Assembly: GCA_934746185.1 (NCBI GenBank)
Contig: CAKVEY010000002.1
Coordinates: 1-32,462, forward strand
Source of the DNA: an uncultured Clostridia bacterium
Lineage (GTDB): Bacteria; Bacillota; Clostridia; Christensenellales; UBA1242
DNA length: 32,462 nt
Direction: 5' to 3'
Both the position numbers and the translations under genes were made by a program. Every line of letters begins with the position of its first letter. Position 1 is the stretch's first letter. The notes beneath the pieces were generated by a model, which did no database searches, was not told the origin of the DNA, and was given only the letters and a program-made list of their open reading frames with translations. Below are positions 27,001 to 32,462 of the stretch, in pieces.

Positions 27001-30000
27001 CTGTTAAGTTGTAAGTAAAATAATTTAATAAAACTTGTCTATTTCCGTTTAAATCAGTGAATTTAGTAGTTAAAACTACTTTTTTAAGAGTAATTGTTTT
27101 AGAAATTGTCGTTCCTACTGAGTTTAATGAGTACAATTTAATATTCAATTTTAAAGTTAAATCTTCACCCAAATAATTGCTTACTTTTAATGTTGTTTTA
27201 TTGTTAGTAGAATTGTAAACTTTATCAACAACACTACTTTCAAGTTTTGTGTTATCTTCTCTTAAAATTTCAACTTCATAGTTTAAATTATTATTAAAAA
27301 TTAAATTCCAAGTTTCTTCATTAAATATGTCGTATTCTAAATTTGAATATAAAATGTCAAAGCCATTTAAAGTAATTTCTATGTTTTTTACTTCTAAATT
27401 TTTAACAATTTCAATTTTTCTACCTAAAATGTTAAATGTTATATTATATATGCCATCATTATTGAATATAATTGATGCTTTATTGTTTTCTAATGAATAA
27501 TCTTCGTTTATTATAGCATCGTTAGAGTTTATAGTTACACTTTCAATTGTTATATCATTAATATTTAATGAAGATTTAACATCATCGCTTAATGATAATA
27601 AATCTTGAACGCCATAACTTTTTCCAATAACAGCAGTATTTACAATAGAATCAGCAAATTTTTCAACTATTTTGCAACTAATATATTTAATAACATAATT
27701 TGCTTTAAAGCATACAAAGTAATTATCATCATTATCTTTATATAAACTAATTTCAACTGGTTGATTTTGTGCGTCGTCTTCTTCTACAATAAAACTACTA
27801 CTTTCAACATAACTATTAAGTGATAAAATTGTTTCAGGTTTTAAACTAAAATCTGCATTAATTTCATCTTGTGTTAAATATATAGTTGATACATTTTTTA
27901 ATTGTAGTGTAGTTAATTTAAAGTTTAATGTAAAATTATGATTTTCTTTAACTGTTTGTTCGCCGTCTATTATTGCTGTAATTTTTGCTTGTAAATTTTC
28001 TATTTTATAAATGTTAAAGTTTTGTGGAATTGTAATTTCATCGTTAGTTATAACAATGTTACTATCAATAGATTTTATTCTATCTTTGCTTTCTTTTGTA
28101 AGTTCTACTTTTGTTATTTCGGCGTTTTCTAATAAAGAATTATTTTTATAAATCTTAAATAAATCTTTTAGTTTTATTGTTTGACCATTGTTTACGTATT
28201 CATTATTTTGAATTGTTAAATTAGATTTTACAATTATAGGTAAAATTCCTTCGCTTGTAACATTTTTAATAGTTCCGTTATCTTCATAACTATATTCTAA
28301 AACTGCATAGATGCTAATTTGTGAATTTGTAAACGAATTAGTAGAAACTTCATAACTATCAGTTATTTCGTACTGATAACTGTTTGAAGTTTTGTTTTCA
28401 TACAATTTATAATTAATTGTTGTGCTATCTATAACATTGCTTTCAATATTGCCTTTATAAGCACCATTTGGAACAAATTGTCCGTAAACATTTTGTTGTA
28501 ATTTTATATTTTTAATTAATTGTGCTTTTGTTATAGTATCACCAGCGTTTAAATTTAAAGATGTAGTTTTAACTTCAAATTTAGGAACAATATAGAAATA
28601 TAAATCTATATAATCTTCGTCATTAAAGAAATTTGCTTTTATAGTAATTTTACATCTTGTTGCTGTTTTAACATTATAGAATTTATTGCCACTAAATAAA
28701 ATACTATCGTCTTGTGATTTATCAGTTGTTTCTGCAATAAAATCATCTGCACTAAATCCATCTTCTAGTGGATTATTTTTAAAGTATAAATATCCGTTTC
28801 CGTTAATTTCAAATATTTCATCACCGATAACTCGTTCGTAAGGAATAGAATTTATATAAATAGTGTTGTTTTCATTTCGGTTTGCAATAATTTCAAAGTT
28901 TTCTGGCATTTTAACTTTAACACTTATAGTTTTAGTTTTAATTTGTTCACCATTATCACCTATTATATAAACATAGAATGAAATATCTTCACTTAATGTT
29001 AAAGGATTTATTCTAATTATTTTGTTATCTAATAATTCAATTTCAATTTTTTTAGAATTTGCATTATTTAAAACTAAATATACATTATCTTCAAAATCTG
29101 TTTTGCCATTTATTTCAATATAATGAGTTGTGTCTTCATTAAGATTATTTGTGTAATAAACAATTTCATCACTAACTTCAATGTTGTCTTTAAAAATTCC
29201 TATTGTTTTAGCTTCTTTTTCATTTACTACAACATTGCATCTAAATTCTTCTTTACCGTTAAATATTATAATAACTTGTGTTGAACCAACATTAACACCT
29301 GTAACTGTTATTTTACATTCATCACTTAATTGAGATGGTAAAGTAACCATAGTTGTTATAATATTATTAACATCTGTACGAATTTCCAACAAGTTTAATG
29401 CGTATGCTTCGTTAAAAGTTCGATAATTTGTAACTGTAAATGTAATATCAGTAGAATTTCCTTTTGTTATTGGTTTGTTATCAAATACAAATCCACTTAA
29501 ACTAACTTCGTTTGAAATAACTAAATTTAAGTCTGCACTACGAATTAATTCATATTTATAATCAATAAATTTTTGGTCGTTTTCGTTAATTGTTTCTATA
29601 TAACTATAAATACTTGCATATAAAACGCAACTTGAATTATTTTCACCAGTTCCAGTAGTTTTAATATATCTACCTAATCCGTAAATATTTTCCACTAAAT
29701 TTCCGTCTTCATCTAAATCGTAAGTTTTTAAACTAAAATCATCATTGTATTCAAGTGGACAATCGTTAGTTGGGTTTTTAATGAAAAATCTTACTTTTTT
29801 ATATGTAGCATCTTCTGGATAAATTTCTTTAATTAAAGATTGTAAATCTAACTTGTCGCCGTTAACTTTTAATACATAATTATTTGGGTCATCACCTTGC
29901 TCGTAAGTAGCAAGCAATTTATCAGTAGTTAATTTTAATGATGTATTTTCTACTATTTTTGTAGTTACTTTTACATAAGAATAGTAAACATAATTTGTAC

Positions 30001-31330
30001 TATCATCGTTTGCTAATTCCTTAGATACATCTTGAAGATTATCGTTAGTTAATTGATTTTTTGCAATTCTTATAATTAAATACAAATCTTCTGTGCTTGT
30101 ATAAAATTTAGGAGTAACTGTAAAGTATAATGGATTTACATTTTTTGTAATTACAAAATATTTTGTAGTTATTGTTTTTCCGTCATCACTAATCACTTGA
30201 TTTTGTGATAAATAAAATTTATCTCCACTTTTGTAACCTTCAAAAATTTCAACATCTTGAAGTTTATATTCTAATTGTTTTGCTGTATAATTGCTATTTG
30301 CTGGTGGAACTAAACTTAAATTTAAGTTTAATGGTTTATCACCTGTTTCATAATTTCCATTAACAGAATATTTATAAATGTTATTTACAAATAAATCGAA
30401 AGAACTAGTTGTTGCGTTTATGCCACTTACTTCAATAGAGTTTGAAGTGAATGTTTGAGTTTCTTGACGAATGGCTAGTCCTGTTCCGTCATTAAATAGT
30501 GCATTAAAATAATCTATATCGCTATCATAACTTTCTCTTGGAAGTATTTTAGAATTATTTTCGTAAGTTGATGCAACATAAGCAAATATGTTAAAAGTAC
30601 CAGTTGTTAAAACTTCTACTTCACCTGTTAATCTATCAACTTTTGCAACGCTTTCGTTTGACGAAAAATATAAAATTTGTTTATTGAAGTAATCATTTCC
30701 GTATGTATCATAAAAGATTTGTTTTTTGGGTTTATCTAACGCATTTGTTGGGAAGATATTTTGCACTTGCACTTTAAATTTTGTGCCAGGATAAATTTTA
30801 TTTACATTTGTTAAATTATGGTTTAAATCAAAACTTTTTACTGGGCTTTCTACAAAAACATTTGTTGAAGCATAAACTAAATCTTCTTCTTGAATAGCAG
30901 TTAAAACAAATTCGCCACCTTTATTGTAGTATCTATTTCCTGCACGAGATTGAATAAGTTTTATGTTTAAGTTTTTGCCAACTTTTCCCACATTTTTATT
31001 AGAAGAATCTTTATCAAATTCTACGCAACTATTATCATCTGCCGATAAGGTAACATTAAGTTTAGTAGCATCTTCGTTAGTAGGAATAAGTTTTATTGAA
31101 TTATCATAAATTTCGCCTTTATCGTTACTAGAACCCACTAAAACATAGGCTTGTCTTTCAAAATTCATACCTTGTAAGTTTACAACCTTTTCTCTAAACC
31201 CACCACATAAAGCAAAAACGCCAACCGATAAGCCAATAAAAGCAAAGATTGATGCCACACCTATGCCGATTAATTTAAAGATTTTTTTAACTCTTTTTTT
31301 ACTAAAAGTTTTCTTTTTTTTCTTAGCCAT
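21038..31330 (-). CDS. Giant (3430 aa) N-terminally membrane-anchored surface protein with scattered Ig-like (Big_2-like) segments, function unknown
   Basis: This is one uninterrupted 10,293-nt ORF with a GAGGT SD. The N-terminus is MAKKKKKTFSKKRVKK followed by one hydrophobic helix (approx nt 31205-31279). The rest is Asn/Ile/Tyr/Thr-rich and beta-rich. A Big_2-like segment SSNESVAKVDRLTGEVEVLTTGTFNIFAYVAS lies at approx nt 30572-30670. Confidence 0.9.
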   Translation of the reverse strand: MAKKKKKTFSKKRVKKIFKLIGIGVASIFAFIGLSVGVFALCGGFREKVVNLQGMNFERQAYVLVGSSNDKGEIYDNSIKLIPTNEDATKLNVTLSADDNSCVEFDKDSSNKNVGKVGKNLNIKLIQSRAGNRYYNKGGEFVLTAIQEEDLVYASTNVFVESPVKSFDLNHNLTNVNKIYPGTKFKVQVQNIFPTNALDKPKKQIFYDTYGNDYFNKQILYFSSNESVAKVDRLTGEVEVLTTGTFNIFAYVASTYENNSKILPRESYDSDIDYFNALFNDGTGLAIRQETQTFTSNSIEVSGINATTSSFDLFVNNIYKYSVNGNYETGDKPLNLNLSLVPPANSNYTAKQLEYKLQDVEIFEGYKSGDKFYLSQNQVISDDGKTITTKYFVITKNVNPLYFTVTPKFYTSTEDLYLIIRIAKNQLTNDNLQDVSKELANDDSTNYVYYSYVKVTTKIVENTSLKLTTDKLLATYEQGDDPNNYVLKVNGDKLDLQSLIKEIYPEDATYKKVRFFIKNPTNDCPLEYNDDFSLKTYDLDEDGNLVENIYGLGRYIKTTGTGENNSSCVLYASIYSYIETINENDQKFIDYKYELIRSADLNLVISNEVSLSGFVFDNKPITKGNSTDITFTVTNYRTFNEAYALNLLEIRTDVNNIITTMVTLPSQLSDECKITVTGVNVGSTQVIIIFNGKEEFRCNVVVNEKEAKTIGIFKDNIEVSDEIVYYTNNLNEDTTHYIEINGKTDFEDNVYLVLNNANSKKIEIELLDNKIIRINPLTLSEDISFYVYIIGDNGEQIKTKTISVKVKMPENFEIIANRNENNTIYINSIPYERVIGDEIFEINGNGYLYFKNNPLEDGFSADDFIAETTDKSQDDSILFSGNKFYNVKTATRCKITIKANFFNDEDYIDLYFYIVPKFEVKTTSLNLNAGDTITKAQLIKNIKLQQNVYGQFVPNGAYKGNIESNVIDSTTINYKLYENKTSNSYQYEITDSYEVSTNSFTNSQISIYAVLEYSYEDNGTIKNVTSEGILPIIVKSNLTIQNNEYVNNGQTIKLKDLFKIYKNNSLLENAEITKVELTKESKDRIKSIDSNIVITNDEITIPQNFNIYKIENLQAKITAIIDGEQTVKENHNFTLNFKLTTLQLKNVSTIYLTQDEINADFSLKPETILSLNSYVESSSFIVEEDDAQNQPVEISLYKDNDDNYFVCFKANYVIKYISCKIVEKFADSIVNTAVIGKSYGVQDLLSLSDDVKSSLNINDITIESVTINSNDAIINEDYSLENNKASIIFNNDGIYNITFNILGRKIEIVKNLEVKNIEITLNGFDILYSNLEYDIFNEETWNLIFNNNLNYEVEILREDNTKLESSVVDKVYNSTNNKTTLKVSNYLGEDLTLKLNIKLYSLNSVGTTISKTITLKKVVLTTKFTDLNGNRQVLLNYFTYNLTDVDGGNETNSEAFYSVDVTNSIANDLMVKLYYIDNANSEVILQNGEYINLNTLNLSNYTLNLTSAKNNALYLEFYVKNNNNNIVKVIKSLEFYIETLTLNTKNVESIYYLGELLNKNEILKYVYITNNQGNITTKYNDYITFDEEQLLLDDSINTINIYLGEFITTNLVINASPVIFTKYDGSKLDNNVNLSVYPNTNITNYIKAKISSKELQLNYKPNDSYIIDLTNGIYRIKNESNKEIGTLDSLTGQIHLASTADGTFKIIAFVENTTNIECQKEITFTIKSLDVYNNRKNINIYVGENETELTSRDSNYFVESQNGSAENKYCIDYRFISLEVENKENYSTIYNRITDSYDLLKNGEMVASIINGVTDKQVDISKKVFKCTNNLDNMTIVLRGYLNLTAEGYNLEVLDNKYIEVTLNVTKINVTLKADNQVDVNNETYYVLTSEDDKAFKLNIESSISKVAVLIDNLSSSFVGEVTDNGSMLTYSGLLYNITSITNKGLSTFNGTAITLSDNEDVYQFSASKALVEYVFFKIKYTVESYTGYFNICLKPSTNIVAKYDENQNYISVYSPGNYVVGNTSNLLKYNSDSVSSIKFGSKDNYQEEFVGTYHTLKYIKKVDTAEIQISTVAYNNSVSSYSILVEANGENYYYTLKVIDLSIKIYNDDKTENSETNRLSISNAQEMDLKNNIYINGEKIVDQNEYLTYLSFASKEVKDSFNNVIYTLDNGILKCYQQVTGKIDVTFTLLNKEYTIYIQGENVEINFKYNDADVNSYNLSLGKTYYIGSSSLIDENNKKIITVNLKEETISNVDVEVFVSLNDIKYTVGENVYSNSNFFNESNGEFSFAGKLLFTLTKTNNNYVLEISNDLDGDLEFNLSCKYGSLTSKVLTNIHAQKMSVNYINPVVYNDKMYQNLVASNEFDLYSLIGGVENSNDLSYEIKSITNSLGNVVSVSGISLNGSNLITNSSINEDLYIIISVINGSVVEEINVKVVPLYKSSSMQTTFVVLKGESINYYDYFTLQKFDKFSSQNLPTYKLVEYENAFGKIDSDTVINLDGVFTINFKVTTDEITFDNLDSYVGESVNLQTILQSKLNATNLSIKSLSNRNVTYLDENGYVDANGLFTAKTSGSFIVTINVNDAKYTINIIVADLKIDVNYSNYTTKTNETTLETKKYENLYATNSIILKNDNNVNNIIATNDNFYNNLEFALNIENCGSLNRNNFEIINNSNGLILNYNGNLIFKISNFVMTCYSSLDSEILLNINLSLLNNSIVENILNVRLMPVKMFVTNSEINITNADLTLDNEIKYYNLIYNAFYAQTNCEANNINLNDKIQTYLVQEGTENKEIIDNKLSITGNTFVVYAKIGDIVSSSVNIIYTDEGETLNTTLFAPVNTLVNNSTILNNGSIVAVRNNETYITFNIEVVSGIIRYHIYDVDNNLLFTLLSNGTVTNLNTNKKISVEIDANYNSMRETRKFTNNISEENVIVLNDDKRYLTENGVKVLNLISGEKYNLTYLLNNNNIKNSDFVNVSFENGEIKAITTNTITFGYFTVTNGKTGNDYLESRVYVKIYPVQISSKYTPDYTFSADAIIDGAVVIKNGEEFITIYYKNLTEKTIDLTDFVDLYSQTNILTDSDVKFEIAKNNVIVENNNNVFTSIDSEQYVNLVDSKLQLKAKEDIYYLTINATIVNQPLVLKLRIANIKEEIQNAITIKNNSKIDLQNIFNFKVGENNFASNFAYKLINSDSSIKNNVLYVNENCNKTIYIEYNFKDCYVNEILPIKVENDVLDYENNYVINNKSYKEIYYNENDLGETITNVVKATLNNVDYNNIKVETKDGITYYIIENLLKINNLGNILFYDNVSKDYINENNIGIIYLQTETPVSSTISYTTNKYFKLNNYSIVKNNNTFVYTLNGNIVEDLLRFSLVTSNLENLAGTKVTDLTMSANGITLNKFTGVIAGSKTDSSVKMYIKAYIPNENLSYGDNYKLFEI

Positions 31331-31391
31331 AATTACCTCAAATATTTTTTATATATAACTTGTTATATATATTTTATACTAAATATAATTA

Positions 31392-31420
31392 ATTATAAAA
31401 ATAATAGAAAATTTTGTCAA
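31392..31420 (-). promoter_or_regulatory. Perfect consensus promoter TTGACA-17-TATAAT for the giant gene
   Basis: The reverse complement of 31415-31420 is TTGACA and that of 31392-31397 is TATAAT, with a 17-nt spacer. The resulting 5' UTR of about 55 nt contains the inverted repeat TATATATAAC/GTTATATATA (31350-31371). Confidence 0.65.
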
Positions 31421-31458
31421 ATAAATTAGCCTATAATTTATTAGCATCAAGCACTTAA

Positions 31459-31490
31459 TAAAAAAAGTGATAAATATTTATCACCTTTTA
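31459..31490 (-). terminator. Rho-independent terminator downstream of the DEAD-box helicase gene
   Basis: The perfect palindrome GTGATAAAT/ATTTATCAC (31467-31484) is followed by T7 on the minus strand. Confidence 0.65.
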
Positions 31491-31673
31491 AATACTTTAA
31501 TTTTATTAAATTTTAAGTTATTATTTTGTTTAATAAAACCGACTAAAAATATAATTAAAATTAGCGTTTAAAATTTAATTAAAATTAGTTTAATAATTTA
31601 TAAAATTTTGTTATTTTTTTTAATATATTTAATTTCAATTTATAATTAAATTTTAAAAATTTTTTAACTATTT

Positions 31674-32462
31674 TTAATGATTTTTTTTATAATTTTTTTT
31701 ATTATTAAAGTTGTTTTTAACCTTAAAATTTTTACTATTTTTTGATTGAAAATTGTTAAAATTTTTGCCTTTTTTATTCAAATTTTTATCATTTTTTTGC
31801 GTTTTTTTATCAATATTTTTTACTTTTTTATCGCTTTTTTGAGTAGTTTTTGTGTGTTTTTTATCAAGTTTTTCAAAATTCGATTTTGTCTTATTAGATT
31901 TATTTTTTTTGAAATTAACATCTTTTTCAAAATCAAAATTTACTGTATTTGTTTTTACAAAAATTGTTTGATTTGTCCTATCATCTTTTTTAACTTTTAG
32001 TTCAGTTAAATTGTAATTTTTTAAGTTTTCTTTAAAAAAATCTAGTTGTTTTTGCGTGTTTATTAAAGATAAACTTAATCCGTTTTTGCCAGCACGAGCC
32101 GTTCTGCCTATTCGGTGAATATAACTATCAAAATTCTCAGGAATGTCGTAGTTTATAACATACTCAACATTTTCTATATCAAGTCCCCTACTTGCAACAT
32201 CGGTTGCTATTAATAAATTGTTATTAAAACTTTTAAAGTTATTTATAACTTTTTTACGCTCATTAAAAGATAAATCACCATTTATATATTCACTTTTTAT
32301 ATCATTCTTTTTAAGTTTTGTATATAACTCTTCTGCCATTTTTTTTGTGTTACAAAAGATAATTGTTTTTTCTTTATATAATGTTTTTAAAAATTTTAAA
32401 AGGGTTTCAAACTTGCCTTTTTTTAAACACAAAATATAACATTGGTCTATTGTGTCTACGAT
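31674..32462 (-). CDS. DEAD-box ATP-dependent RNA helicase; the N-terminal part lies outside the window
   Basis: The frame stays open to the window edge (IVDTIDQCYILCLKKGKF...). Helicase C-domain motifs IATDVASRGLDI and HRIGRTARAG are present, followed by a Lys/Asn-rich basic tail. Confidence 0.9.
   Translation of the reverse strand: MVDTIDQCYILCLKKGKFETLLKFLKTLYKEKTIIFCNTKKMAEELYTKLKKNDIKSEYINGDLSFNERKKVINNFKSFNNNLLIATDVASRGLDIENVEYVINYDIPENFDSYIHRIGRTARAGKNGLSLSLINTQKQLDFFKENLKNYNLTELKVKKDDRTNQTIFVKTNTVNFDFEKDVNFKKNKSNKTKSNFEKLDKKHTKTTQKSDKKVKNIDKKTQKNDKNLNKKGKNFNNFQSKNSKNFKVKNNFNNKKNYKKNH

Noticed and set aside
31282-31321. Homopolymeric A tracts (A8, A7, A7) in the first 20 codons of the giant gene, considered as a phase-variation switch
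   Set aside because: The tracts are short and simply encode the Lys-rich cytoplasmic stub in an AT-rich genome. Without population length-variation data there is no support for slipped-strand switching.
31553-31588. Direct repeat AATTAAAATTAG (two copies) and other A/T repeats in the 343-bp spacer upstream of the giant gene
   Set aside because: This is low-complexity AT-only sequence and such 12-mers are expected by chance here. There is no CRISPR-like regular spacing or conserved repeat array.
90-32439. Plus- or minus-strand track ORFs nested antisense or out of frame inside larger genes: 90..350, 2497..2709, 3358..3582, 5243..5440, 6806..7066, 7474..7686, 11631..11822, 15157..15345, 15510..15839, 16170..16364, 16716..16982, 18403..18630, 20608..20805, 22389..22610, 31746..32000 and 32218..32439
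   Set aside because: All lie inside well-supported longer genes and have no SD. They translate to Phe/Leu/Ile/Ser-rich low-complexity strings, as expected from reading the antisense or an alternative frame of Lys/Asn/Glu-rich AT-rich coding sequence.
1-32462. Alternative genetic code (TGA as Trp or Gly), as in Mollicutes or some uncultured lineages
   Set aside because: Every recognisable gene is full-length under the standard code with no in-frame TGA needed, and Trp is encoded by TGG. Only the absence of TGA stops is notable, and that is reported separately.
1-32462. Search for tRNA, rRNA, riboswitch or CRISPR features in the intergenic regions (879-1062, 1981-2144, 6711-6825, 13065-13210, 14492-14725, 31331-31673)
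   Set aside because: I saw no cloverleaf-capable GC-rich segments, no conserved riboswitch cores and no regularly spaced repeats. These spacers are explained by promoters and terminators.

Overview
This is a very AT-rich bacterial chromosomal segment with low-GC Gram-positive (Bacillota-like) housekeeping genes. Most genes lie on the minus strand and are tightly packed. In coordinate order the window holds: a partial M29 aminopeptidase, fba, pfkA, dnaE, two small paralogous coiled-coil ORFs, whiA, a PHP phosphoesterase, murB, a membrane-anchored orphan, uvrC, a small XRE regulator, an ArsR-family regulator divergent from a 62-aa Cys/Ser/Thr-tailed peptide gene, a membrane protein, prfA, prmC, rpmE, three small XRE-type HTH genes, murC, spoVG, cardiolipin synthase, a 10.3-kb ORF encoding a 3430-aa membrane-anchored surface protein, and a partial DEAD-box helicase. 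The dnaE-pfkA adjacency, whiA, spoVG and frequent TGnTATAAT extended -10 boxes fit Bacillota; murB and murC imply a peptidoglycan wall. I found no rRNA, tRNA, CRISPR array, transposase or integrase. The points most worth a second look are: (1) the giant, mostly unrecognisable surface protein, driven by a perfect consensus promoter; (2) a recurring TGTGATATWAT-N6-ATG arrangement suggesting leaderless mRNAs for dnaE, uvrC, the PHP gene and several XRE genes; (3) an apparently duplicated Cro/CI-like switch module with clear palindromic operators and a 42-bp perfect repeat; (4) the ArsR and small-peptide pair; (5) non-canonical residues in PFK; (6) no TGA codon, stop or sense, in any called gene. 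All functional calls come from motif recognition by eye. No database search was run.
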